Shown here one piece after another: positions 10,327 through 20,335 of a DNA stretch of 64,000 nt. The DNA is from Baaleninema sp. (GTDB lineage: Bacteria > Cyanobacteriota > Cyanobacteriia > Cyanobacteriales > Geitlerinemataceae): NCBI RefSeq assembly GCF_049974805.1, contig NZ_JBNGCO010000001.1, positions 23,502 to 87,501 of the forward strand, in the 5' to 3' direction. The notes under the pieces were generated by a model. The model saw only the letters and a program-made list of their open reading frames with translations. It searched no databases and had not been told where the DNA came from. The translations under genes and the position numbers were made by a program. Position 1 is the first letter of the stretch. Each line of letters starts with the position of its first letter.

Positions 10327-11625
10327 TTGTTGAACTTTTCTAGAACGGTTTACGATACCGTTAAGGCTGGGGACAATTGGCGTCAAATTGCTGTGACGCC
10401 GCCTGTTTCGGCTTACGTTCACGTCCCGTTTTGTCGGCGACGCTGTTTTTATTGCGATTTTCCGATTTCGGTCGTCGGCGATCGCAAACACGGTGAGAAT
10501 TCTCTGACGGTTCAAAGTTATGTGAAGCGTCTTTGTGCGGAGATTCAAGCGACGCCGCCGCGCGATCGACCTCTGGAAACGGTGTTTTTCGGCGGGGGAA
10601 CGCCGTCTCTGTTGTCGGTGTCTCAGCTCGATCGCATTTTAACGACTCTCGATCGACACTTCGGTATCGTCGGCGACGCGGAAATCTCCATCGAGATGGA
10701 TCCCGGTACGTTCGATCGCGCGAAACTTCGCGGGTTTCTCCAGGCGGGAATTACTCGCGTCAGTTTTGGCGCCCAGGCGTTTCAGGACGAGTTGCTTCAA
10801 TATTGCGGGCGATCGCACTCGGTGGCCGATATTTACGCTGCGTTTAATCTGTTAGATACCGAAGGTGTCGCCAACGTCAGTTTCGACCTCATGTCGGGAC
10901 TTCCCCACCAAACCCCCCAGCAGTGGGAAGACTCCCTCGACGCAGCGTTGAAACTCAATCCAGCCCATTTATCGCTGTACGATTTGATTCTGGAACCGGG
11001 GACGGTGTTCGATCGCTTCTACAAACCGGACGCCGAACCCTTCCCCGACAGCGAAACCGCCGCCAATTTCTACCGCCTCGCCCAGCAGCGATTGACAGCG
11101 GCGGGATACGGTCGTTACGAAATTAGCAATTACGCGAAACCGGGGTTCGAGTGTCGCCACAATCTCACTTATTGGTTCGATCGACCCTATTACGGTTTCG
11201 GACTCGGGGCGACGAGTTATGTCGGCGGTCAGCGGTTCGCCCGTCCCCGCACTCGCAAGGATTATGCTGACTGGGTGGAACGATACGTCAATTCTGGCGG
11301 TGAAATCGAGGGGGAAAGGGTTTCCGACAGCGATTTGATTTTGGAAACGCTGATGTTGCGGTTTCGCTTGGCGGAGGGGCTGGCGATAGACGAGTTACAG
11401 CGAAACGTCACCGAGGAGACGTTAAAGCGGTTTTGGCAGGCGATCGATCCGTATTTAAACTGTGGTTGGATGGAGGTTTATACCGCAGAGAATTCGTCAG
11501 AAGATGTCTCAAACGACAAGGAACACCGCCGAATTCGACTCACCGATCCCGAAGGGTTTTTATTCTCAAACGTTATTTTAGCGAAGCTGTTCGATAAACT
11601 GGAATCTGTTGCTGAATTGCCATAG
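10327..11625 (+). CDS. hemW: Radical SAM heme chaperone HemW (HemN-like, oxygen-independent coproporphyrinogen oxidase family)
   Basis: Radical-SAM CxxxCxxC motif in YVHVPFCRRRCFYCDF, plus GGGTPS motif. The ORF opens with TTG at 10327. An in-frame GTG at 10393 (VTPPVSAYVHVPFC) fits the usual N-terminus better. Confidence 0.85.
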   Translation: MLNFSRTVYDTVKAGDNWRQIAVTPPVSAYVHVPFCRRRCFYCDFPISVVGDRKHGENSLTVQSYVKRLCAEIQATPPRDRPLETVFFGGGTPSLLSVSQLDRILTTLDRHFGIVGDAEISIEMDPGTFDRAKLRGFLQAGITRVSFGAQAFQDELLQYCGRSHSVADIYAAFNLLDTEGVANVSFDLMSGLPHQTPQQWEDSLDAALKLNPAHLSLYDLILEPGTVFDRFYKPDAEPFPDSETAANFYRLAQQRLTAAGYGRYEISNYAKPGFECRHNLTYWFDRPYYGFGLGATSYVGGQRFARPRTRKDYADWVERYVNSGGEIEGERVSDSDLILETLMLRFRLAEGLAIDELQRNVTEETLKRFWQAIDPYLNCGWMEVYTAENSSEDVSNDKEHRRIRLTDPEGFLFSNVILAKLFDKLESVAELP

Positions 11626-11639
11626 TGTTTTTTACAGAT

Positions 11640-12395
11640 TTACGACTTTTGCGCGATATAAAAAACGTAGCCGTATTCGTCGGAATGTCGGCGATATAAA
11701 TCGATTTCTTGCTGTTCGCTCTCGATTATCGCCATCGCATCGGCGTCGTTTCCATACTGTTCTCGCAACATCGATAGTTTGGGTTCGATCGCGCTGTAAT
11801 AGTTATCCAACCAGTCGGATTCCGGAAGTACGAAATGACCGATTTCTCGATATCCCGCCCGAGCAATACTGTTTAGATTTGTGGCAATATCTTGCATTTG
11901 GGGATAGTTTGTGTTCCAGAATTGGGCGGCTTCGTCTGAAACGGGCGATCGCAGCCAGGAAATTTCCGTCACGGCGACATATCCCTTCGGTTTGAGAAAG
12001 GATTTCCAGTAATTTAATCCCGCTTCAAATCCAATGTTGTAAATCGCACCTTCGGACCAAATTAAATCGAATTCACCTTCAGAAAAGGGCAAATTGGACA
12101 TATCAAGGTTGCGGGTCAAAATGCGATTTTGTAAGTCTAATTTTTGGACTTGGTTCGAGAGGCGATCGATGTAGGGTTGATGGGTATCGATCGCCGTAAT
12201 CGTCCCCTCTGTCAACCGAGCTAAATCTAAGGTTTGCATTCCCGGCCCACAGCCTACATCGAGGATATTTGGCGACGAACTTAACTCGTCCAACATCGAA
12301 AAGGCTTTTTGCGTCGATTCAAAACTTCCCGGACTTTCTCGCGGGTTGTTACTGTGAATTTCAAAAAATAGCTGTTCTTGTTCGAGGTCGTTCAT
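11640..12395 (-). CDS. Class I SAM-dependent methyltransferase
   Basis: 251-aa ORF. SAM-binding motif I ILDVGCGPGMQT and downstream acidic loop. Confidence 0.85.
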   Translation of the reverse strand: MNDLEQEQLFFEIHSNNPRESPGSFESTQKAFSMLDELSSSPNILDVGCGPGMQTLDLARLTEGTITAIDTHQPYIDRLSNQVQKLDLQNRILTRNLDMSNLPFSEGEFDLIWSEGAIYNIGFEAGLNYWKSFLKPKGYVAVTEISWLRSPVSDEAAQFWNTNYPQMQDIATNLNSIARAGYREIGHFVLPESDWLDNYYSAIEPKLSMLREQYGNDADAMAIIESEQQEIDLYRRHSDEYGYVFYIAQKS

Positions 12396-12446
12396 GTTTT
12401 TAGGAAAAGACTTTAACAGATATTTGATAACAGATATTTAAAATTT

Positions 12447-12482
12447 GTCGGTTGGGTCGAGGGAAGTCAAAACCCAACCGAC
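12447..12482 (-). terminator. Putative intrinsic terminator hairpin downstream of the 137-aa ORF
   Basis: 10-bp perfect stem gtcggttggg/cccaaccgac with a 16-nt loop. On the minus strand it is followed by aaatttt. Confidence 0.4.
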
Positions 12483-12593
12483 GCAACTAAAATTATAGCA
12501 TTATAGCGGCGGTTGCGCCCCGAATCCAAAAGGATTTTGCTTGAGTCGGATCTCAAAAATGAGATTTGAATTCAACAAATCGAATCGAAATTA

Positions 12594-13007
12594 TTAGATC
12601 GATCGCGCCCCCGGTTTCTTAACGTTATAGGCTTCGTGAGACAACACCGACTGCGGAATCGCCACGCCGCCGTTATCGTGACAAATCATGCGATAGTTGC
12701 GCGTAATCGGAATACTGATAATCTGGCGGTTGTGACGCAGCCGTTTTCCGCCGAAGTCACGGTAATTTCGATCGTCGTTTAAGCCTGCAATAATATCGCG
12801 AGCTTTCGTCACCACATGGGGCGGTAAAGTGCGAAGGTCGATGGGATCGTTATCGAACGTGGCTTCCCATTCTCGCTTCTCTCGCTGTTTTTTCGCCCGA
12901 ACCTGTTCCTTTTGAGTTTCTAGAACCTTGGCTTGGGCGCATCGATGGCACACTTGACCGTAACCTTTGTGACCACAGGGAAATGTTTTCTTGCGTCTTC
13001 TAGGCAT
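12594..13007 (-). CDS. Hypothetical protein with N-terminal Cys/His zinc-ribbon-like motif and basic coiled segment; C-terminal half possibly ParE/RelE-like
   Basis: 137-aa ORF. CGHKGYGQVCHRCAQAK motif, Lys/Arg/Glu-rich helix, C-terminal RLRHNRQIISIPITRNYRMICHD. Family assignment is from weak recollection only. Confidence 0.55.
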   Translation of the reverse strand: MPRRRKKTFPCGHKGYGQVCHRCAQAKVLETQKEQVRAKKQREKREWEATFDNDPIDLRTLPPHVVTKARDIIAGLNDDRNYRDFGGKRLRHNRQIISIPITRNYRMICHDNGGVAIPQSVLSHEAYNVKKPGARSI

Positions 13008-13251
13008 AGACCCGCCAAACTGACTTCGTTCGCATCAGGCACGTACTTCGTGCCGAACAGTCGCAAATGGAACGTTACATTGCGATTGTTTTGAAAATTA
13101 AGTTAACTTTCATTGTAATTCATCAGTTGAGGTACTCTTGCCGGTCTAATTAATTCCTATATCTTGGCAATATCCTCGTAAATCTCGAAACCCTTGGTAG
13201 CATAGGCTCCGAGCCTGTAAATTTTTCCATAACTCACTGACGAACGACGAT

Positions 13252-13893
13252 ATGACTCAAACCGTTTGGATTGCACGCCACGGCCATCGCTACGATTTCG
13301 AGCGTCCTGAGTGGTTTGAAACTGCTACGAGGCGTTACGATCCGCCGTTATCCGCGAAAGGGGTACAGCAAGCGAAGGAACTCGGAAAACGGCTTCAAGG
13401 AGAAGGGATCGATCGCATCGTCGCTTCTCCGTTTCGACGCACCGCAGAAACGGCGTATCACGTCGCCGAAGCCCTCGATCTCCCGATTTATCTGGAATGG
13501 GGAATCTGCGAGTGGCTCAATCCCGACTGGATGACGGAAATGCCGGAAACTGCGCCAATTGAGGAGTTGAGCGCCGATTTTCCTCGGATCGATCGCACCT
13601 ATGACTCTCGAACCACCCCAACCTATCCCGAAACGCCCGAATCCGTCTGTTGGAAACGAACCGGAGACACGGCGAAACAACTCATCGAGGAGTTTTCCGG
13701 AAACCTGCTGTTGGTGGGACATGGCGCGACGCTGATGGGAATCGCCAAAGCCTTGATGGGAGGCGAACCGGAGATTCGCGCGGCGTTTTGCGCGGTGTTA
13801 AAATTCGTGCGTTCTGGGGACGGTTGGCGCATGGAACTCAACGGCGATACGTCCTATTTGAGCGAAAGTGAGTCGAAGATACGATTTAATTAA
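13252..13893 (+). CDS. Histidine phosphatase family protein (phosphoglycerate mutase-like)
   Basis: 213-aa ORF. Catalytic RHG motif in WIARHGHR and a second His in LLVGHGA. Confidence 0.85.
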   Translation: MTQTVWIARHGHRYDFERPEWFETATRRYDPPLSAKGVQQAKELGKRLQGEGIDRIVASPFRRTAETAYHVAEALDLPIYLEWGICEWLNPDWMTEMPETAPIEELSADFPRIDRTYDSRTTPTYPETPESVCWKRTGDTAKQLIEEFSGNLLLVGHGATLMGIAKALMGGEPEIRAAFCAVLKFVRSGDGWRMELNGDTSYLSESESKIRFN

Positions 13894-13930
13894 GCTGGGT
13901 CTATCCTTCTGAAGTGCGATCGAACTTTTT

Positions 13931-14950
13931 ATGAGTGTTGTTTTAGCTGGCGATATCGGCGGTACGAAAACCATTTTGCGCTTAGTTCGCGCCACGGAAA
14001 CCGATACCGCGTCCGAAGCCGTTCCCGAATTGGAGGTGTTGCACGAAAACACCTACCCCAGTCAGGACTACCCCGATTTAGTCCCCATCGTCCGCGAATT
14101 TCTCGCCGAAGCGGGAGATGACGCCACCCCCAAACGCGCCTGTTTCGGAATCGCCGGGCCGGTGGTGGAGAATACCTCGCAACTGACCAATTTAGCTTGG
14201 TCGCTGGACGGAACGCGGCTACAACAAGACTTACAGCTCGATCGCGTCACCCTGATTAACGATTTCGTCGCCGTCGGATACGGCGTCTTAGGACTGCAAG
14301 GGGACGATTTACACAGTCTGCAAACCGCAGAGGCGAAACCCGAAGCTCCGATCGCAGTCATTGGGGCGGGAACTGGGTTAGGAGAGTGTTTTCTCATCGG
14401 ACGGGGCGATCGCGCCTACGTGGGGGCGACAGAAGGCGGACATAGCGATTTCGCACCGCGATCGACCCTCGAATTCGAGCTACTCGAACATCTCAAAACC
14501 GCCAAATCCATCGATCGCGTTTCCGTCGAACGGGTGGTATCTGGTCAAGGAATCCTATCGATTTACGAATTTCTGTGCGATCGCCACTTTGCAGACCACC
14601 CCAACGCCCGTAAAATGCTCCAAGAGGCAGTACCCGCCGCAGCGATCGCCAACGCCGCCATCGACGAAACCGACGACATTTCCCAAAAAGCAATGGAACT
14701 GTTCGTCTCCGCCTACGGCGCAGAAGCCGGGAACCTCGCCTTAAAACTACTTCCCTACGGCGGACTCTACATCGCCGGAGGAATCGCCGCCAAAATCCTC
14801 CCCCTACTCCATCGCAACCAAACCTTCCTCAAATCCTATCTCGACAAAGGCCGAGTCAGTCCCCTTCTCAAACAAGTTCCCATCCACATCGTCCTCGAAC
14901 CGAAAGTTGGCCTCATCGGTGCCGCCATTCGTGCGGCGATGATGGGATGA
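13931..14950 (+). CDS. glk: Glucokinase
   Basis: 339-aa ORF. ATP-binding motif LAGDIGGTKT and ROK-less Glk-type layout (GAGTGLGE, GGHSDFAP). Confidence 0.9.
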   Translation: MSVVLAGDIGGTKTILRLVRATETDTASEAVPELEVLHENTYPSQDYPDLVPIVREFLAEAGDDATPKRACFGIAGPVVENTSQLTNLAWSLDGTRLQQDLQLDRVTLINDFVAVGYGVLGLQGDDLHSLQTAEAKPEAPIAVIGAGTGLGECFLIGRGDRAYVGATEGGHSDFAPRSTLEFELLEHLKTAKSIDRVSVERVVSGQGILSIYEFLCDRHFADHPNARKMLQEAVPAAAIANAAIDETDDISQKAMELFVSAYGAEAGNLALKLLPYGGLYIAGGIAAKILPLLHRNQTFLKSYLDKGRVSPLLKQVPIHIVLEPKVGLIGAAIRAAMMG

Positions 14951-15030
14951 TGGGGTGATGGGGTGATGGGGTGATGGGGGTGATGGGGTGATGGGATGAT
15001 GGGGTGATGGGGTGATGGGGTGATGAGCAA
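14941..15030. repeat. Tandem octamer array (TGATGGGG)n starting inside the last codons and stop of glk
   Basis: Read directly: gatgggatgatggggtgatggggtgatggggtgatgggggtgatggggtgatgggatgatggggtgatggggtgatggggtgatgag. Confidence 0.9.
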
Positions 15031-15040
15031 TGTACATTGG

Positions 15041-15136
15041 CGGTGCGTGACAATTTATAGGTCTCACGATCGACACCCTATTTTTCAAGTCACGCACCCT
15101 ACCAAAGCCCCACCCCATCATCTCATCATCTCATCA
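15041..15136. repeat. Dispersed hairpin element, copy A (stem ggtgcgtgac/gtcacgcacc), followed by a CCCATCATC array
   Basis: 10-bp inverted repeat at 15042-15051 and 15090-15099. The core cgacaccctatttttcaagtcacgcaccctacc is the reverse complement of 62231-62263, with 1 mismatch. Confidence 0.75.
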
Positions 15137-15595
15137 TCAATTCCTGCTGGCTTTCGCCTTCAACTGCGCCGCCATCGACTGTAAAAGGCGTTTTTCTCGT
15201 TTGAGTTTTTCCTCTAAAGCCTGAATTTGTTCGCGGCGAGTTTCCAGTTCCACAGTTCTCCTCGCTAAATCTTGACTTTGGAGAGTCAGCGATTGACGCC
15301 ACTGTTCGGCGCGTTCGGCTTCTTTTTGTAAAAATTCTGGCGTAAACCCTTTTCCGAGATATTGGGTAATTAACCCCAACACCCACTCTTTGGCTTCTTT
15401 AACGCTTTGGACCTGGCGGTTCGCACCCACATCTGCTAAGACCAATACACCCTCGCTGTAGGCGTTCGAGTCCACTTCCACGGTTTCGTCACCCGACAAA
15501 ACAGCCCAGGTTTCATCGGGTCGTCTGCGGGCTAAAAGTCGTAAGACTGTCTTACCAAGCAAACCTTTTTTCGTAACCTGGGCTAAATGTAGCAT
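15137..15595 (-). CDS. Hypothetical protein with C-terminal coiled coil
   Basis: 152-aa ORF with good coding look. The C-terminal half is heptad-like (EAERAEQWRQSLTLQSQDLARRTVELETRREQIQALEEKLKREKR). No family recognised. Confidence 0.6.
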   Translation of the reverse strand: MLHLAQVTKKGLLGKTVLRLLARRRPDETWAVLSGDETVEVDSNAYSEGVLVLADVGANRQVQSVKEAKEWVLGLITQYLGKGFTPEFLQKEAERAEQWRQSLTLQSQDLARRTVELETRREQIQALEEKLKREKRLLQSMAAQLKAKASRN

Positions 15596-15711
15596 AGGGC
15601 GATCGCTGTTGGGTTAGGAGGTATCTTAATGCAAACCATACCGCACGATCGCCGGGATTTTGGGTCAAATTGGCGGTTTTTGCGACTGTTTTTCAGGTCG
15701 TTTTGACAACC

Positions 15712-18435
15712 TTACAGCCGACTCAACCGATCTTGTAACATGGCGACCTGCGTTTCAGCTTCCGCTAAAGCGTCCCGCGCCCCTTGGACGACGGCTTCTG
15801 GGGCTTTGTTGACGAAGTTGGGATTTCCCAACCGTCCGGCGTAGGACTTGACTTCGGCTTGGGCTTTCTCGAGTCTTTTTTCTATTTTGGCGCGAATTGC
15901 ATCGATGTCCACAACTCCGGCCAAAGGAATTAACACTTGTACTGTACCCACAACGCCCGCAATGGTTTTTCCGGAATCGCCATTGAGGTTTTCGGCAATT
16001 GTAAGCTGGTCTTGACCGACTCGCGCCAGGTTTTCGATGTAAGGTGCGCCTTGGGTTAAAATGTCCCGTTCGCGATCGCTATCGCTTTGTAACATCGCCG
16101 CAATGCGAACGCTGGGTTTGATTTCCAATTCGGCGCGGAGGTTTCGCAGGGTGCGAATGGCGCCAATCACGAGGTCGAACGCTTCTTCTAAATCGGGATC
16201 GATCGCAGACTCCTCTGTTTTAGGATACCCTTGCACCGCCAAACAGGTTTCTTCTCCCGTTTGGGTCAAAGTGTGCCAAATTTCCTCAGTAATATGGGGG
16301 AGAAACGGATGCAGCAGTTTCAAAATCCCGTCGAGGACGAAAGCCAGGGTTTGCTGTGCGACGCGCTTGGTATCGGCGTCGTCTCCCTGTAAGCGGGGTT
16401 TGACGAGTTCGATGTACCAGTCGCAGAAGTCGCCCCAGATGAATTCGTACAGTCCCTTAGCCGCTTCTCCCAAGCCGTAATGACTGAGGTAGTCGTCGGT
16501 TTGACGAACCGTTTGGTTGAACCGCGACAGAATCCATTTGTCCGCCAGTTCTAACTTATCTGCGTCGGGATGTCCCAGTTGTTGAGGTGTCTGTTCCTCC
16601 AGGTTCATCATCACGAACCGCGCCGCGTTCCAGAGTTTGTTAGTGAAGTTGCGGGAAGCTTCGACGGAGGCGGATTCGTCTTTCTTTCGATCGTACTCTA
16701 ATCGAATGTCCTGACCCGCGCCCGCCACTTCTCGAATCATCGTATAGCGCAGAGAATCCGTCCCGTATTTATTAATGAGTAACAGCGGGTCGATGCCGTT
16801 TCCGGCAGATTTGGACATTTTCTTATTGTTTTCGTCCCGAACTAAGCCGTGGATGTAGACATCCTTAAACGGCATTTGTCCGGTAAAATGTCCCGCCATC
16901 ATCGTCATCCGGGCAACCCAGAAAAAGATGATATCGAAACCCGTCACCAGGGTTGTGGTGGGATAGTATTTCGCTAAATCTTTCGTTTCGTGAGGCCAAC
17001 CCATCGTTGAAAACGGCCACAATCCCGAAGAAAACCAGGTATCTAACACATCGGGGTCGCGCACCAATTCCACATCGTCGCCAAATTGAGATTTCGCCTT
17101 TTCTAAGGCTTCTTCGTCGCTTTTCGCCACCACGAAGGGGGTGCTGTCGGTGATTTCGCCGTTCGTTTCGCTGACAGCGTACCAGGCGGGAATTTGATGT
17201 CCCCACCAAAGCTGACGGGAAATGCACCAGTCTTTCAGGTTCACCAGCCAATCGCGATAGACCTTTTTCCAGCGTTCGGGGACGAAGTGAGGCGCGTCGG
17301 ATTCGTCGAGACAGTTGAGGGCGAAGTCCGCCAGGGGGTCGATTTTGACGAACCACTGGGTAGACATGAGGGGTTCTACGGGAACTTTACCGCGATCGCT
17401 GTAGGGAACGGTGTGGCTGTAGTCTTCGACTTTGACCAAAAAGCCTTCTTCCTCAAGGCGTTTGACGACGTTTTTCCGCGCCTCGAAACGGTCTTGTCCC
17501 TGGAACTCGCCTGCGTTCTCATTGAGCGAGCCGTCCTTATTCATTATGTTAATTTTGGGCAGTTGGTGCCGTTGCCCCATCTCGAAGTCGTTGGGGTCGT
17601 GGGCGGGGGTCACTTTCACGCATCCGGTGCCGAATTCGCGATCGACCAGTTCGTCGGCGATAATGGGAATCTCCCGTTTCATCAACGGCAACGTCACGGT
17701 TTTCCCGATAATGGACTGGTAGCGATCGTCTTCGGGATTCACCGCCACCGCCGTATCGCCTAACATGGTCTCGGGGCGCGTCGTCGCCACTTCCACATAT
17801 CCCGAACCGTCACTGAGGGGATAGCGGAAATGCCACAGATGACCTACCACTTCTTTCTGTTCGACTTCCAAATCGGACACCGCCGATTGACTTTCGGGAC
17901 ACCAGTTAACGAGATAGTTTCCGCGATAAATCAGTCCTTCGTTGTAGAGGCGCACGAAGGCTTCTAACACCGCTTCCGAGAGTCCTTCGTCCATAGTGAA
18001 GCGTTCCCGCGACCAATCCACGGACACCCCCAAACGGCGAAGTTGGTTGACGATTTTTCCGCCGGATTCGATTTTCCATTTCCAGGCGCGTTCGAGGAAT
18101 TTTTCCCGTCCGAGTTCGTGGCGATTCGTTCCTTCAGCTTTGAGTTGCTGGTCGAGAATGGTTTGGACGGCGATGCTGGCGTGGTCGGTTCCCGGTAGCC
18201 AAAGGGTGTTGCGTCCCTGCATCCGGTGGTAGCGAACCAGGGTGTCGATGAGCGCACTTTCAAAGGCGTGACCCATGTGCAAGCTTCCCGTCACGTTCGG
18301 CGGCGGTATGACGACGCAGTAGGGTTCGCCGGGGGCGTCGGGGTCGGCTTTAAAGACGTGGCGGTCTTCCCAGTATTGTTGCCATTTGGCTTCGGTTTCG
18401 GTGGGGTCGTACTGCGAGGGAAGATTGACGGTCAT
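15712..18435 (-). CDS. valS: Valine--tRNA ligase
   Basis: Class I HIGH motif ([13 protein letters not shown]) and KMSKS motif (KKMSKSAGN), plus C-terminal coiled coil. The ORF extends to 18603, but the conserved N-terminus [19 protein letters not shown] starts at the ATG at 18435. Confidence 0.95.
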   Translation of the reverse strand: MTVNLPSQYDPTETEAKWQQYWEDRHVFKADPDAPGEPYCVVIPPPNVTGSLHMGHAFESALIDTLVRYHRMQGRNTLWLPGTDHASIAVQTILDQQLKAEGTNRHELGREKFLERAWKWKIESGGKIVNQLRRLGVSVDWSRERFTMDEGLSEAVLEAFVRLYNEGLIYRGNYLVNWCPESQSAVSDLEVEQKEVVGHLWHFRYPLSDGSGYVEVATTRPETMLGDTAVAVNPEDDRYQSIIGKTVTLPLMKREIPIIADELVDREFGTGCVKVTPAHDPNDFEMGQRHQLPKINIMNKDGSLNENAGEFQGQDRFEARKNVVKRLEEEGFLVKVEDYSHTVPYSDRGKVPVEPLMSTQWFVKIDPLADFALNCLDESDAPHFVPERWKKVYRDWLVNLKDWCISRQLWWGHQIPAWYAVSETNGEITDSTPFVVAKSDEEALEKAKSQFGDDVELVRDPDVLDTWFSSGLWPFSTMGWPHETKDLAKYYPTTTLVTGFDIIFFWVARMTMMAGHFTGQMPFKDVYIHGLVRDENNKKMSKSAGNGIDPLLLINKYGTDSLRYTMIREVAGAGQDIRLEYDRKKDESASVEASRNFTNKLWNAARFVMMNLEEQTPQQLGHPDADKLELADKWILSRFNQTVRQTDDYLSHYGLGEAAKGLYEFIWGDFCDWYIELVKPRLQGDDADTKRVAQQTLAFVLDGILKLLHPFLPHITEEIWHTLTQTGEETCLAVQGYPKTEESAIDPDLEEAFDLVIGAIRTLRNLRAELEIKPSVRIAAMLQSDSDRERDILTQGAPYIENLARVGQDQLTIAENLNGDSGKTIAGVVGTVQVLIPLAGVVDIDAIRAKIEKRLEKAQAEVKSYAGRLGNPNFVNKAPEAVVQGARDALAEAETQVAMLQDRLSRL

Positions 18436-19336
18436 CGTTAAGGTCGCGACAGTGAGTTTACGAAAATATGCAATCTTTTCGATTGTACCTTGTGGGGATG
18501 TCGGGGGGATGCGATCGGGGGATGCGATCTTTGGGATGAGATAGGGGGCGAGATAGGGCTGAAAACGGGCTGTTTCTGATGCGATCGATCCCACCCTTGC
18601 CATCCTCTCTGCCTGAACCTTGTGTTTATAGCGGTCGCCCTGTTCCGTTCGACCCTGCTGTAGACTCGCTTTTCTCTCCCTCGGAGCAGGCGAAATCCGG
18701 TGGTTTTGTGAACTTTTGTAATAATTCAGGACGTTTGACGTAAAACTCGCCGTTTTTTGCCGAGAGATATATAGAGCCTCTTAAGAGGTGACACCATCGT
18801 TTCTCTAACTCTGAACTGTACTGGTTTGGAGGAGGGACAAGTCACAGTTGGTGAGGAGAAACCAAATCATCATGAGTTAGCCATATTTATACGTAATTCG
18901 ATCGACCTAACATTTAAGTAGTTTTTCGTAAATACGAGAGTTAAATGTCAGGTTTTCTTAATAGGTGAAAGTCCAAATTCTTTCATTATTGTTTTGCTGC
19001 TTTTTTTTAATTTAAAAAGCATTAAATTTTTATAAAAAACACCAGTTATGGCTTGATTGCCTATAAAATAAAGGATATAAAAAAATGAGTTCTTCACGGG
19101 GCAGTTTTGGGGTTATAAAACCTCGGCGATCCGTGAAAAGATCGAGATTATCAAGCCCTTTTTATGACGAGAATACAAAAGTGATTTAGCACTGCTGTAG
19201 ATAGAGGTGTCTAAATACTGAGGATTTCTAGGGTTCTAAATGGGGGCTTATATGGTTTTCTTGAAACTACTGAATACAGCAAAGAAGAACTAGAATCACC
19301 AATAAAATCTAAAGCAATCACAACCCAAAACTAACC

Positions 19337-19660
19337 ATGTCACACGCTAGTAATGTTTCAAAAGCACGAATTTTAAAGTGGGTTTCTGGTGGGCTAGAAG
19401 CGGCTCTTGGTATTCCGGTTTTAGGCGGAACAATAATTGTAAGTCTTGCTTGGACTCCACTCATTGTTACCTTAGCCTTACACATTGTTACCGTTGTGTT
19501 ATCTAAGCAAGAGAATCGTCCGATCGCGGGCAATGTTCTCGGTATTGTGACATCTTGTATCGGATGGATTCCTGTTGTGGGCATGATTATGCACATTATT
19601 ACTGCGGTCTTTGTCTTGGTAGAAGCGGGTTCTAATAAAACCCTGGATTCGCGTAATTGA
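19337..19660 (+). CDS. Small hypothetical membrane protein (3-4 predicted TM helices)
   Basis: 107-aa ORF in an AT-rich islet. Alternating hydrophobic stretches (GIPVLGGTIIVSLAWTPLIVTLALHIVTVVL, GNVLGIVTSCIGWIPVVGMIMHIITAVFVLV). The antisense ORF looks non-coding. Confidence 0.5.
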   Translation: MSHASNVSKARILKWVSGGLEAALGIPVLGGTIIVSLAWTPLIVTLALHIVTVVLSKQENRPIAGNVLGIVTSCIGWIPVVGMIMHIITAVFVLVEAGSNKTLDSRN

Positions 19661-19981
19661 TAAGCATTGCCGGGTGCATCCCGGGGATATGGCTCACACT
19701 TAAATACATATTGCATGTATTTTGTCAATCCCCGATCTCGAAAAGTTTTCTGCACCACTGAGAGGCCGCAAGTGCTTGAGAACCAGTCGATCGAGGAGTT
19801 TGGGGGGTTGCGGTGTTTCGATCGCTCCAGCTACGGTAAAAGTCTCCAATATGGAGTATTATCCCACAACTGTGGGATAACCTCATAAGACCGAGGTGAA
19901 ACGCCCGCTTGTTCGCAAACATTTCTATATCAAAGATATGTTTGTTGAATTTTCAGTCACTTTTGAACAGGAGGATGAAGA

Positions 19982-20335
19982 GTGGATCGGATTGTAGATA
20001 AAATTGCTGCGTTAGGAGTGCCTGGTTTAGTTCTTCTAGTTGCTATGGCTGTTACAGGTTGGGCTGGCGCAGCAGCAATTACAGCCGCTTTAGCTATGCT
20101 TGGTGGTCCTTTTGGGATGTTAGGAGGAATTGCTGTACTTGGAATTTTGGCATTAATCTCTCAAGGGTTAACAGAATATGGATTTGAAAAAATATTTCAG
20201 GCAGTTGTAGACGAACTTCGCAGGCAGGGAAAGTCCATATATGATATTGAAAGAGAAGTTTTATCATATCCTATTTCACAAGATCTCAAGTTAAAAATAA
20301 AAAATTATCTTCAAGAAATTGACGAGAAAAAATGA
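19982..20335 (+). CDS. Small glycine-zipper membrane protein with charged C-terminal helix
   Basis: 117-aa ORF. GTG start 7 nt after a strong aggagg SD. Gly/Ala-rich TM region (AMLGGPFGMLGGIAVLGILALI). The stop overlaps the next start (ATGA). Confidence 0.6.
   Translation: MDRIVDKIAALGVPGLVLLVAMAVTGWAGAAAITAALAMLGGPFGMLGGIAVLGILALISQGLTEYGFEKIFQAVVDELRRQGKSIYDIEREVLSYPISQDLKLKIKNYLQEIDEKK

Noticed and set aside
14804-15121. ORFs translating to HHPITPSP repeats
   Set aside because: They are simply translations of the TGATGGGG tandem array and the adjacent hairpin element. They have no start context and cross an intergenic convergent-terminator region.
14941-15136. Possible CRISPR array (also considered for 39183-39264 and 41499-41599)
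   Set aside because: The units are 8-25 nt and contiguous, without unique spacers of regular length. No cas genes are in the window.
18436-18603. 56-codon N-terminal extension of valS
   Set aside because: The conserved ValRS N-terminus starts at the internal ATG (18435). The extension has no similarity to ValRS and runs into the promoter region.
18960-18985. GAAAGTCC string reminiscent of the RNase P RNA conserved motif (also at 30437-30447)
   Set aside because: The surrounding sequence lacks the rest of the conserved GAGGAAAGTCCGGGC context and the P4 pairing partners, so this is a chance match.
19318-19758. 146-aa minus-strand ORF opposite the 107-aa membrane-protein ORF
   Set aside because: The translation lacks any structure-like pattern, whereas the plus-strand frame gives regular TM helices. 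Confidence in the plus-strand gene is still only moderate.
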